Shown piece by piece: positions 23,815 through 36,400 of a stretch of DNA of 64,000 bases. A program made the translations under genes and the position numbers. How positions within the stretch are numbered: position 1 is the stretch's first letter; the number at the start of each line of letters is the position of its first letter. Source of the stretch: Azolla caroliniana (lineage: Eukaryota; Plantae; Polypodiophyta); assembly GCA_043228905.1 (NCBI GenBank), contig JBHGNT010000012.1, forward strand, positions 6,572,001-6,636,000. The letters run 5' to 3'. The notes under the pieces are model-generated. The model ran no database searches. It saw only the letters and a program-made list of their open reading frames with translations, and was not told the DNA's origin.

Positions 23815-24240
23815 GATGCCAATGTGGGAATGTAAGGGTTGAACCCATGGACAAACTAAGTTGTGCATTCATATGGGCTCTTCCTTTCCTATCTTGTTTT
23901 TTATATTGTAATTAGCTTACCCTATTGGTAAGTTGTTACACTACGAGCCACTACCAAATTTTACTCACCTCTCTATTATAGATACTTCACACATATCTCT
24001 TAATTTACTAGATGCCAATGTGGGAATGTAAGGGTTGAACCCATGGACAAACTAAGTTGTGCATTCATATGGGCTCTTCCTTTCCTATCTTGTTTTTTAT
24101 ATTGTAATTAGCTTACCCTATTGGTAAGTTGTTACACTACGAGCCACTACCATATTTTACTCACCTCTCTATTATAGATACTTCACACATATCTCTTAAT
24201 TCACTAGATGCCACTGTGAAATGTAGGGGTTGAACCCATG
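23815..24240. repeat. 196-bp tandem duplication, each unit carrying a degenerate tRNA-like unit
   Basis: GATGCCAATGTGGGAATGTAAGGGTTGAACCCATG starts at 23815, 24011 and (variant) 24207. Confidence 0.88.
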
Positions 24241-24289
24241 ACCTCTTGGTCTCCATTGGGCAACGTTACCAACTGAGCTACATCCATCT

Positions 24290-24328
<39 letters not shown>

Positions 24329-24334
<6 letters not shown>

Positions 24335-24545
24335 GATCATATTCGACCATGCTTTCCACATCTCTTCGATCGAGCCGAATCCTTGCCCGAATTTCTCTCA
24401 CAACCACAATGTGCACTCTCAATTGCAACATTCATTGGTAAAGTTCTTGAACATCAAGAGTCGCTACTCACCTTCACACGTATCACGTGAAATGTAATAT
24501 TTTTGGTCTCATAGGTCATGTTTGACCTCCGAAGAAGATAATATA
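24329..24545 (-). repeat. About 215-bp dispersed repeat, copy 2
   Basis: Colinear with 6128-6343 and lies between two tRNA-like units. Confidence 0.85.
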
Positions 24546-24623
24546 ATCTATCTATCTATCTCTGGAATGTAGGGGTTGAACCCATGATCTTATGGTCTCC
24601 ATTGCTCTAGCTACATCCATATC

Positions 24624-24656
<33 letters not shown>

Positions 24657-24658
<2 letters not shown>

Positions 24659-24812
24659 CGCAACGAGGTTGAATATTCGGCGTTGTTTCTATTTGACCTG
24701 AAACCGATTGATCTAGCCATGAGTAGGTTGAATCGAGCTCTCCACCGAGGCCTTAGAGGACCGAACTCACGTATGTGGCAAAATACGGGGATGACTCTTG
24801 GCTAGGGGTGAA
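24657..24812 (+). pseudogene. rrn26: Mitochondrial large-subunit rRNA (26S) fragment, NUMT
   Basis: GACCTGAAACCGATTGATCTAGCCATGAGTAGGTTGAA..GAGGACCGAACTCACGTATGTGGCAAAATACGGGGATGACTCTTGGCTAGGGGTGAA matches LSU rRNA domain II in the plant-mitochondrial form I recall. The GC-richer sequence to about 25260 may be further mtDNA. Confidence 0.85.
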
Positions 24813-26398
24813 TCAAAGAGCTACGACTCCGTTGTTCCTTTGTTGAAGTCTGAAGGACCACAAGAAGAGGGAAAAGGAGTCCTCCTCTGGCCTTTCGCCC
24901 CACAAGCGTGAGAACGCTTTTTCAATAACTAGCTCATAACGGTGAAACTGGCTTACCCTTTGAGAGTAATGCCCACACCGTGGGAAGTCGTGAAAGCTTC
25001 TCTCCCTTTATTGCGGTCGAGTGCCCCAGCAAGCAAGCATGCCCTCAACGACGAGGAATAAAGTGGGTCAGCCCCCAAGATGAAAGTAGGTGAAGTTTGG
25101 TAGGCGATTAGCTAATGCCAACCCGGCTTCAACAAGCAAGCAAGAATGCGCCAGGATAGGTGCCCCGGGACCAACACTTAAACAATCCAGGGTCCCACCA
25201 CCAAAAGGTCTTGTTCCCACTGTCCTTGTTGCTTTATGTTGCATTCCAGAACCACCCCATCAATTCATCTATGCATGTAGAAATAACTATTTGTTACTCT
25301 AAGCTTCAACATGCCTTTCTTGAGTAATCTCGAATCCCTTTGCACGTGCCATCTCTTCCTCTCTCTCTCTCTCTCTCTCTCTCATGTAGGGGGTTGAACT
25401 CATCACCTAATGATCTCCATTGGACAACCATTGCCAACTTAAGTTGCATCCATATGGGCGCTTCCTCGCTCTCTCGAATGTAGGGGATGAACCCATCACC
25501 TAATGATCTCCATTGGGCAACCTTTGCCAACTTAAGTTGCATCCATATGGGCGCTTGCTCACACTCTAGAATGTAGGGGTTGAACCCATCACCTCATGGT
25601 CTCCATTGGGCAACCTTTGCGAACTAAGTTGCATCCATATGAGCTCTGCCTTTCTCTCTCGGTGTGGAATGTAGGGGTTGAACCCATGACCTTATGGTCT
25701 CCGTTGGGCAACCTTTACCATCTAAGTTGCATCCATATGGACACTCTATCTCTCTCCCCCCCCTCTCTCTCTCTTGTGTGTCCTCGTGAAACCTAACGTT
25801 GTTATTGCCAATGTGCTCAGACCATGCATGGGTTCTCAAAGCGCTCGCAGCGTTGCGGGAACCCTAAATAGTTTTGAGAGAAAGATTGGAGAATGGAGAA
25901 TGGAGAATGGCGATGGTGGCCATCTCTCCGAAGGGCAAGGCGAACAAGGCCCGGGCGGGGGCACAAAATGCTACTGCTTGTTTGTCTATCTGGTTGTTTG
26001 TTGTGGGCATATATATACATACACACATATATGTACATATATATGATGAGATGTGTTATGTGGAGTGGAAGACACAAGACAAAAGACAGAAGACAAAGAC
26101 AAAGACAGAAGACAGAAGACAAAGAAGACAAAGACAGAAGACAAAGACAAAGAAAAGACAGAGAAAGAAGAGAAACAGAGCAGCTGCAGGGAGTGAATGT
26201 CAGAGAAAACCTTTACCTCCATTTCTCTCCTCTCTTTCTGTTTGGGAAGGGAGTGAGTGGAGTCAGTCCACAACGGAAACTATCGATCGACAGGAACAAA
26301 AACACCCACACACACAAGAATCCTCAGAGAAACACCCACACAGAGAGATAGATCGATAGATAGATAGATAGATAGATAGAGAGAGATTGTGTGTGTGT

Positions 26399-26453
<55 letters not shown>

Positions 26454-26550
26454 CTTCACCCCTTCCTCCCCTTTGCTTTCTTTTCTGCTCCTTTTTATCA
26501 CTCCTTTTTTGCCCCTCCTTCCTTCCTCCCTCCAACTTAACTGTTAAACT

Positions 26551-27930
26551 ATGGGGATGGGGGGTCTAGGTCTAGGTCTATCCTCTTCTTCTTCTTCTTC
26601 TTCTTCCTCCTTTCCCTTCATCTTCATCTTCTTCTTTTGCCCCTGCCTCTGCCTCTGCCTCTCCGACCCCCAGCAGAACATAACCCTAATCCTCTCCTCC
26701 TTCCCATCCTTCTCCCTCTTCAACCGCCTGCTCTCCTCCACCAATGTGGCATCGGAGATAAACTCCCGGACCTCCATAACCGTCCTCTCCCCCGACGACG
26801 ATGCGCTGTCCCCTCTCTTGGCGGGATACGAGGGGGGAGGCATCCCATTCCAACAGATCTCTGACACCCTCCGCTACCACGTGCTCCTCGAATACATGGA
26901 CATCTCCTCCATGAGGGCCCGCCCGCCCGCCCAATTGGTTACTACCCTCTACCAGACCACGGGCCGCGCCGCCGGCCAATTGGGCTGGGTCAGCCTCTCA
27001 CTCCAGCCTGATGGCAATGTAGGCATCGGCCTCCCCTTCCCGGGCAATTCACCCCCGAATTCTACCGTCTTGCCCACCCCTCTCCGCCTCTTCCCTTACA
27101 ATATAAGTGTCCTGCAGATCGATCGGGCCCTCGTCCCACCCCAGCTCGCCCGATCCCCTCCCCCTCCCTTCCCACCCATCAATATAACTGATGCGCTCGT
27201 CCGACAAGGCAAGTTCAACACCTTTGTGGCCTTCTTGCAAGCCACGGGGGTCGACCTAATCTTCCAAGACAGCGAGAGCAAAGAAGGCATCACGATCTTC
27301 GCCCCGGCCGACGAGGCCTTCGCGGGCTTGCCCGCTTCCTCGCTCCAGAAGCTCACGGCGCAAGAGAAGATCCTGGTGCTCGAGTACCACGCGCTCAACA
27401 CGTACTATGCACTCGGGACATTGAAGGAGTTCAAGAACCCAGCCGCGCCCACGGTCGCGACCTCGGATCCGAGGAGTGGTGGGGCGGGCCAATTCACCGT
27501 GAACATTACAAGTGTGGGAGGGGTGTTTACTATATACACGGGGGTGGTTGCCGCCCCGGTGGTGGGGACTATACTCGAAGAGAAGCCCGTATCTATCTTC
27601 ATCATCAACAAAGTGCTGCTACCCAAGTCAATCTTTGGAGGAGGAGAAAGGCCATCAACAATGCCACCATCTCCTCCTACTCAAGGGCTTGTCACCACTT
27701 CTCCTCCTCCTCCTCCTCCATTCTCACCGCCTCTTATTCTAGAGGTACCGCCACCATCGGCTTCTTTCTCTACTCTCCCACCTCCGGCATTGAGATTAGA
27801 CCCATCTTCACCAAAGCCTACTCCACAAGGGGTGTCAGCCTCTGGGGCTCTGGTTAACACCACCATGCCCACCGCATCTATTCTTTTTGCCCTCCTCTTC
27901 TTGCTCTACATGTTGGTCATATGGCATTGA
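26551..27930 (+). CDS. Fasciclin-like arabinogalactan protein with two FAS1 domains and predicted GPI anchor (FLA4/SOS5-like)
   Basis: Single exon, 459 aa: hydrophobic N-terminus, FAS1 motifs (SITVLSP, LRYHVL, VTTLYQTTG; GITIFAPADEAF, LEYHAL, IINKVLLP), Pro/Ser-rich AGP regions and a hydrophobic C-terminus. Confidence 0.95.
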   Translation: MGMGGLGLGLSSSSSSSSSSFPFIFIFFFCPCLCLCLSDPQQNITLILSSFPSFSLFNRLLSSTNVASEINSRTSITVLSPDDDALSPLLAGYEGGGIPFQQISDTLRYHVLLEYMDISSMRARPPAQLVTTLYQTTGRAAGQLGWVSLSLQPDGNVGIGLPFPGNSPPNSTVLPTPLRLFPYNISVLQIDRALVPPQLARSPPPPFPPINITDALVRQGKFNTFVAFLQATGVDLIFQDSESKEGITIFAPADEAFAGLPASSLQKLTAQEKILVLEYHALNTYYALGTLKEFKNPAAPTVATSDPRSGGAGQFTVNITSVGGVFTIYTGVVAAPVVGTILEEKPVSIFIINKVLLPKSIFGGGERPSTMPPSPPTQGLVTTSPPPPPPFSPPLILEVPPPSASFSTLPPPALRLDPSSPKPTPQGVSASGALVNTTMPTASILFALLFLLYMLVIWH

Positions 27931-30001
27931 TGGATTCAAAATGATGTTTCTACACATCATAACAATCCCAATGCTCTAATACTATTTCTTATTCTATACA
28001 AACACACCCAACATATATTTAGGTAGGTAGACACATATCTCCAATTTACAATAGAGAGAGAGAGAGAGAGAGAACAGAGAGCCAATACCATCCCATTTTA
28101 CTTCTACTATTTCTATACCTCTTTGAGGTAAGAAATTTAGTTGATAGAACAAGATCAGACAACACATCATATATATATATATTTAGATTGAAGAACAAAA
28201 GACAGGAAACGATTGTACTACTATTTATCCTTTGGTGTACAAAACCCACTCATTTTTTTGTTTAGTTTCCTGTTTATTTGGCTCAATTAGCCAGCTTGTT
28301 GATCTTGAGAAAAATGAATTTGATCCGTGGATGGTGGTGCTTCTTATTATATTCTTGACATTATCTTTCCCAACTATCTATACATATAGATGTTTATGTC
28401 GTCTCATCTTGCAGTTTAATGCATTTTGCATATATGTACGTTGGCTTATAGTTTGAAGAGGATAGAAGTGTTTCCCAAATGTTTAAAGGGATTTTTTTAA
28501 GGGCCATCTTGTATGTAACCATACACTTTTTCTTTCTTTTAAATGAAAAAAGTTTCCATCAGGTAGGTCAAAAAAGATTTGATTGGTTTGTGATGGTGTG
28601 GCACATGCATCATTAGGCATGAAGAGAGAAGGCCTTGTTTCATAAAATGAGCCGGGCCACCAAAAGTGGTGAATTAGTGTTCCTTCATGTCTGTAGACTG
28701 TGAAGTTACTCACAAGTTGGCATAAAACATTTTCTTCCTTTTTGCATAAAAGAGAAGGTCAACCAAGATAACATCTCAATTCATAACAAGCCAAAGGTGT
28801 AAACAGAGTAGTGGATGATATAGTGGGGTTTAATCCCTCTTCATTTATTCATAACGTGTGGGACTTTCACATGTTTGAATTGAATAAAAAAATCTGTCTC
28901 ATGTCATACCAAATTGGATATTTATTTCTCTCAACTCTTCTGTGTTCATACTATTCTCTAACAAGACATTACACACATAAAGCACAGCATCAAAGTAAGG
29001 TACACCTAATATACACATCTTATCTCCACATGTCATGGTTGCTAATGACATCCACAACAGCAAAACTATGGTTTGAGAAAGAAGTAATTAATCAAAGGTA
29101 GAACAGTGCAGCAATCTTGGTTATTATGAAACATGAATCCATCAGAGATAACGTACATTGCATATCCAAGCAACAAATCCTATGCTAAGCTCATTGTAAA
29201 CATAAACGTTTGTGTTCTCTCTAATTTAGATATCACTCACACAATTGTAATTACTGCTTTCTGTTTTTGACAATGGAAACTTGACATTTGACATTTTTCT
29301 GCTGAAAATATGGCTTACAGATTCCATTTCCACAAAGACCTGCTTGAATTAAATGCAGCGATAACGAATGGGGTATTGTTTGTACTTGTAATGGTGCTTT
29401 ACAAATTCCATAGGCCTTCACAAAGTTTGAAGATCAAATTACATCAAAACTAATGTATTTTGAGATTGTTCAGAAATGTTTCACGAGTACATTGCAAGGA
29501 ACAATAAATGTTTAAGAATGTACAGTTAAACTAAGTGGAGTGTTGGTATATTATTTCTTAAAAAGTTGGAGCAGCTCTATATACCGAGCATGCTTTCAAG
29601 AGATCTCGGGATTGATGAGCGGTTTATATCTCCTTTGTCTTCTTTGCATATATTTATAGCTTTACAGAAAGGATTTGCTATAGATTTCTCATCCATTATA
29701 ACACCACTACGCTGACTGCTACAGTTAGTCATACAAAGCTTCTTCAGAAGCTTAGGGTTTTACCTCAATATTGTTTATTGAATCAGTTTCTCTAAGAGAA
29801 TATTGGTTATCGCAGGCCACTGATAAATCCTCCCAAGCTTTGATAAATGCATGCATACACATTTTTATATCTTATGACAAGCAATAGATTGTCTTCAATC
29901 ATCTGTAAGTGCATAAAGCAAAATAAATAAAGCCAGATTCAGGTTTACAAATGAAACGTGTTGCAATAGCCAAATGATACCTTATTCTCTTGCACAAATC
30001 A

Positions 30002-30073
30002 TATATCAAACACCAAACTCAGGGCTAGGGCATCTGTACAGATGCCCTAGCCCTGAGTTTGGTGTTTGATATA
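30002..30073. repeat. Perfect 72-bp palindrome without spacer
   Basis: TATATCAAACACCAAACTCAGGGCTAGGGCATCTGT|ACAGATGCCCTAGCCCTGAGTTTGGTGTTTGATATA; all 36 pairs are complementary. Confidence 0.97.
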
Positions 30074-30414
30074 CTGCTCTGTAGACCTAACTTCAGTGTA
30101 CACTGGAAGTGGCATGCAACAAAAATGGTTTGATCAGCTTAATTCACAGGTAGGATTATAAAACTCTTTGTTCAAATACATACAAAATGACCCTCAATGT
30201 GAAAGCAAACAAATCACCCTTCCTGTTCATCCACTGACCTGAAAATCTTTAGATGGATGGAAACGGTTGCACTCTCAGGTAGTTTGTCATACTTCAATAA
30301 TGTGGGGAAAACAACATTTTCAAACTTGTTATCAATTCGCTGATCTACCCAGAGACGCTATAGATTAAATCACAAATATCTATACCAGCAAAGCCACAAT
30401 CTCTCTAACAATCT

Positions 30415-33400
30415 CTAAAACCAAGGCATCCACCAGATGTACATTCTTCCCAAATTTTCATGAGAAACAGCCTCAGCAATCAACTGATTGGCTTGCCCCT
30501 CAACAGAAAGTGGTAAAGAGGGTGCAGCACCAACACCTACTACTACACCTTGCAATCTAGCCTTTATGTTTGCAATGGCCCTCTGCAAAACACTTGGTGA
30601 TTCAGTCACACATTTAATAAAATTAGAGACTTTTGAGGTTACAATCAATCAGATGAAATAAGCTGTGAGATCGATTCCTCATATGCAAAGTGCACAAATT
30701 TGTAATCATATCAATTCAGGAGTATGCACCTAGCTATTTGGCCTTTATTTTAAGAAATCTTCAAATTTACCTGCGCATGTGGGTTTTTTACTTCAACTCC
30801 ACTTGACTTGTGGGACTTGGTCCATTCCACCAGGGGATCATGAATAAATGTCTCAAGCACAGTCATAAGGGTCTCTCGGTTAGCTCTCAGTACAGATAAA
30901 GTTATCTCACACACACATGAAAAGACTCCTTCATAACCTGTGATCCCAAGTCCATCCACCATATTCTGCAAATTGCAATTAATCTACTGATGTAACACAA
31001 ACTCAATGGTATGTACGGAAAAACCTACAATATACACCTGCAGTTTTCTTTCATCTCCTACAAAGGCCATAAGTTTTTGTTGTTTTCCCAAATGGCCTTG
31101 GCCAACCCCCACTGCAGCAATTATAAATGCTATTTGAGCAATACTATTTCAATGTCCTTTTTTGTCACTACTGCAGGTTGACTAGAGGCATTAGGGGAGA
31201 TAAAGAGAAATACAGGGATATTTCGGCAAATTTTTCCAGCATTTATCACAAAAATGTTGATACACGTACCTGCGTCAGCCTAAAGGGGACTAGCTCTGGT
31301 TTTTCCAATTGAAGACCTTTATCAAAAAGACAACTGAAATCCACATGCACACAATCGCCAGTTGTTGAATCAAAAAGAATATTTTCTCCGTGTCGATCAC
31401 CAAGGCCAACAATATGACCAACCATGGACCACACAGCAGTGGTATGAGCATAGGCTATCCGTGACTGAAACCAATTTGCAGGTTCAAAGAATGTATTCAA
31501 AAACCATTTATGAAACACAGGCGGAAACATTGGCAGTATTTCTGTCCGGAATATTTCAACTTCTGACACTTTTCCATGTTTTTCTTTTTCTTCATAGATC
31601 TGTTTTATTGTAGGATTTGTCTTCTGTCGGTCGAATTTCCCACATGAAACATATATATCCTGAAGAATGTGCCTTAAGCCTCTTGTGTGAAGCACCCATT
31701 CAACCATGCCACAATCTTCGGTTAAAGGAATAACAGCAAATGTTCGAATATAAAGCTTCCGCCTCCGACTTCTTGGATCCTTGGAAAGCAATTGGTTGAT
31801 TGTGGTTGTGAACTCCATCATGCGGGCATCTTTTCTCAAATCATCCTTAGGTTTACAAAGAAATGGATATTCTCTGCCATCACTCCCTAAGAGAATCACC
31901 TGAAATGACTCCATTTGCAACAATTTAAGGATATATAACATAGACTTAAGTATGCAAGATATATTTTTATACATATTGATTATGAAAGCTTCAGAAAAAT
32001 AATGAGCAAGGTATTCCTTTATATTTAATTAGCTGATTATAATGTGATTAATCAATCATTCAAGTCCATTTCAATTAACAATTAGAGAATCATAGATTAC
32101 AATTTATATATGCATTTAGCAACCCATAATCATGCTAGACTATAAATCAGGAATCATGGGCCTTAGGAAATTAAAGATACAATTAGGTATGCTAAACCCT
32201 AAAACAAGAATCAGGGGAGGTCTTACAGAAACATAAATTAAAACGCTTGATAATTTTATTTAGCATTGATAAGTAAGTTTTTTGCGTAAGGTAATAAGAT
32301 ATGCATGTTTCTGAAAATCTTCCAATTGAACAAAAGGCACCATTACCTTCTTTGGTCTCTGTAGGGAAGCCAGTATTTCAGCTTCTTCACTTATTCCTGA
32401 AATAGTTGAGTAGTCCCCTGATGAAAAGGGATTATATGATGCATTTGTAAGTCCATCTGCTGGTAATGTAACAGTGAGTGCCCTTTGCACTGGCATGATT
32501 ATTCCTACTGGCATCATTCTTTTCAATAAACCAAATTCGTTTGACAAGGTGATAGTTCGTGCCTTTGCTGAAGGTTGATGAAAACAAAGACGGATCAATT
32601 GATCGATCAGTGAGGCAAACTGAGTGAATAAAGCCTTGACAGATTCTTGTTGCAAACCATTTCTCGCAATCTTAAGGATCTCTGCAGCAGCTAGACGCCT
32701 TGCAGATACTGCAGACTTTGAAACTGCTGCCATTGTCCATAAAGCCTGTTGAGGATAAGCTTGAAGAACAGTGGTGATTATATGCTTCGCAAGGCACACC
32801 ACCTCCTCATTTTTATGGCATATCCTAGAGACTAACTGTGAGAGTGCTGTCAGCCACTGATAAGTAGGAAGATCCTTTAAACAACCTCGCATAATGCTCA
32901 TCACCTAGAGTAAAAGATGACAAGGTTCAATAATAGATTCATTCACTTGTAAGTTCTTTTCTCAAAGAAAATGGGAACAACGTACACATACCCTTGCATG
33001 AATGGCCTTTACAGGAGCGTTAGATGCCAACATTTCCCCATGATAATTGCTCCCAAATTCAAACCAGAGCGTAAGCAATCTTGGCAATGCCTGAAATAAG
33101 CGGCGATGCCCTTTGTGCAAACCCTTTGCATAGTAAAGGATTACATCTGGAAGCAAACTCCACCAAGGCTTTTCGTCAACTTTGTTAGCTGCCATCGACA
33201 CAGATTGTTGTTTCGTAAGGAACTGTTGACTTTCCTCCTGTCTTTTTTTAGCATCTGCAAGTAAATCATCACAATATCTCGCCAAGTAGAAGTAGCTTTT
33301 TTCCCATTTTGGTTGTAATTCTTTAACCCGAGTGTACATACTAAGGACATCTTCCTTTTGTTTTTGCCCAGTGCTGTGAACCCACCTTGCAAGAAGTAGT

Positions 33401-36400
33401 AAAGTTTTTGCAGCATCCAGGTTATCGATTCTCTGCAATTCATTAACAAAAGAGGGTTCTTGTTCAACAGTAGATGAAGATGAAGGAATATGTAGGAGAC
33501 CGCCTAGAGCAGCTGTTCTTGCGGCTCCTAAAACATGAACTGATGCTTTTGCAAGTGCTTGTTGTAACTCTGCAATGGCACGGTGACTTTTTTTCGTATC
33601 CCATAAAAGCTTTGCTAACTCAATGTGAGCATTAGGAGCACCATAAGATTTAGCCTCCAATATTGCTCTGTTTGCAGTTTCATAATGACCTGCCACACGA
33701 CATAACTTTGCATATTGAAGCCAACAGTTACCTGATTCTAATGGCATATTGCTTGCAGATAGAATTAGTCTATGCAAAGCCAAAATTGGTTCTCTGGCCC
33801 ACAAAGATGGTTGAGTCACTTTCATGCGTCCTTCCCAACTTTGCACCATGTCTTGTAATTTACATCCCAAATTCAAATCCTTTATACCCTCACTCCCAAA
33901 ACATTCTTGGAAAATCTCCAATTCATGTAGCATATGAAGCTTGATTATCAAAGGATATGCACGAGAATATGACTCCATGCTAGCAGCAGCAAGAGGGGCA
34001 AGAAGTTCATGTCGCGACTGGATCATAGACTTTGAAAACGTGTAGTTATCTTTTCCTTGCATAGCAAGTAGCACTTTTGCAAGACTTATATCAAAAGCAA
34101 TGTTGCTATCAATCATATGAGATTGATTTCCTTCACCCATTGTCCCTTGAACATATTCATCAAGAAGTTCCCACTGTCCAAGCCTCCATGCTGCTTGCAC
34201 ACCCCACATGCTCCACTCCTTTTTATTCTCTGCAAATCTAAGGAGTAGCCCATCTACATGTGTGACCATTGCTTGTAAATGCCCCATGTTTAAAAGGCAA
34301 TTGAGAACGCCTTCATGTCTTGAAACACTTTTAGGATCCATTTGCAAAGCTTGTTCACAGCAAGTCAGCGCATCTGCCCAATTACCAGCCTTCTCATTAA
34401 TAAGGACTTCATCCTGTAAACTAAGAGATTTATGCAACCTAGATAGACCACAAAGCCCATCAGGTTCATCCAAACCACTATATACCCCAAGAAGAAAACT
34501 GATATCATCATCTTCAAATGACCCACTGCTCTCTGCGGCTGGGTTCAATGCACCTGACTTTGCACGAACATGGGTTTCAAAGTAGAGCAATGCCCTAGCA
34601 TAAGCTTGACACCGAAATGAAGCACCAGCAAGTGCAGTCTTTGGAACAGCTTCCAACAGCTGAGAGACATGCATATTTTGAGATATAGATTCAGGATGAG
34701 TATTATCACTATGTTTGTTCCTACTTGATTTCCCAGAACTACGTTGCCCTTTCTGACTCCCTAAAGCCTCTTTCTGGGTCAGGATATCTTGCTTACTTTC
34801 ATCCAGCCATTGAGCTAAGTTATCAAGTAAAGTAAAAACTGCTTGAATGCTCACTTCACTTGGAGCTGCCCAGCTACGAGTCCCATTAGGGGGAGCTGAT
34901 CCTCCATGGTTACTCAGCAATGCAGTTTCATTAACTGTAGATGCTGCTTCAGCAAGAACAGCCAGTATCTCATCTGTTACACTGGAACGAGCCTCAACAG
35001 TTCCATCACAAACTACATTTAGAACAATGTATGGAAGCAGATACAAGGCTGTGGCCATATCATGTCTTAAAATACCTTTGCATGCATTAAATATGGATGA
35101 TCTGGGTCCTGTTGAAAGCAATACAAGACGGCGTACCCAAAGATACATCCATCGTCTGAATGACAAGGTAGGACGGAAAATAGTTCCAGAAAGAACCGGA
35201 GCATTTGCGTTCTTCAGCAAATACTTTGAAGTTAAGCACGGGGTAATAATATCTTTGACATCCTCTGAAAACCTACTCCAAAGCTTCTCTCCTCTTTCTA
35301 CCATAGACAATGTACAACTATTATCAGACTTTTTACCAACTTTAGTGGCAGAATTCAATCTAGTTACAACTGAATCATGTGAAGAACCCAGAACCGCTTC
35401 TCTACAACCACTTAGTTTCAATAGTTCCTGGATAGCCAGAGCTGCAGCATCTTGAATATCTGTCTCCAAAGCCGCACGGAGTACTCTAACAAGATGTTTG
35501 TCAATGAGCTCAAAGATAAGATCATCATCACTTCTTTCAATCTTAGAGCGTGCACGAAGTTTCAAATTCAATTTAACTGGATCGACGGCACCCAGCTCCC
35601 CTAAGCATTCTGCACAAAGCAGCTTGAACTTCTCACTTGTCAATGATCTAGACTCTTCAACACATCCCTGTAACAGAGATATAACTAGATCGCTTACGAT
35701 TGGTGCATCGGAACTGCAGTCTGCCAACAGCATAGTCATCATCTCATTTCTTCTAGAGCTCATTAGTTTCTTTAACTCACTGGAAGCCATTAAACGAACG
35801 CTAATATTCTCATGACGAATGCCGTCAGCCGCTCGACGGAGTTGACCACATAATGTGGTTATACCTCTAGCTTGCTGGAGCACAGAATTCACATTTTCAA
35901 GCTCAGGGAGACTGGGCAAAAGCGGAAGTTCACCTGCTTGGTCATCAAGTATAGTTCTATTAGTTACAATTAGTTCTTCGAGCAATTCTACAACTGCACT
36001 GAGAAGATGTCCAGACACTTCCTTTTGTCGCTCAAGGCATGGCATAACAGCAACAACAATCTGGCTGGCCACGCTCTTTAGGTTTGTAGGACACACTACA
36101 ACAAGTTTCCTAATAAATGACAACCATACTTGCAAGCATTCAAATTGAAGTGCTTCATCATGAATTGCTCTTGTCAAAAGAACCATAATTTTGGGTATAA
36201 ACGCACTAAGATGGCAGCCAATCATCTCAATTAATTTATTAATACATCGAAGGCCTCGCTCCTGCACATTAGCATCTGCAGATTTTAGCATTTTGCGATC
36301 AACACTATTAAGAAGCCCAACAAAATGTGTTTTGAGGAATCCTGGAAGTTCATCAGATCCTGAGACAATACAAGCAACTTCTTGTATCATCAGAGGAACT

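Larger units (their letters stand above)
23826..25742 (-). mobile_element. Cluster of about 8 tRNA-derived (SINE-head-like) units, most separated by (GA)n
   Basis: Best unit (24293-24218, - strand) reads GGATGTAGCTCAGTTGGTAACGTTGCCCAATGGAGACCAAGAGGTCATGGGTTCAACCCCTACATT, with A-box TAGCTCAGTTGG and B-box GGTTCAACCC. Other units at about 23826, 24022, 24564, 25384, 25476, 25569 and 25666. Confidence 0.75.

Noticed and set aside
24218-24293. Functional tRNA gene
   Set aside because: A and B boxes are present but the D and anticodon stems do not pair properly. Multiple degenerate neighbours point to a tRNA-derived repeat.
24657-24812. Functional rRNA gene or bacterial contamination
   Set aside because: Only about 155 bp, mutated, mitochondrial-type and embedded in nuclear repeats.
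25774-26569. Charged low-complexity ORFs upstream of the FLA gene
   Set aside because: They arise from AAGAC, GATA and CT microsatellites in the promoter or leader and have no domain content.
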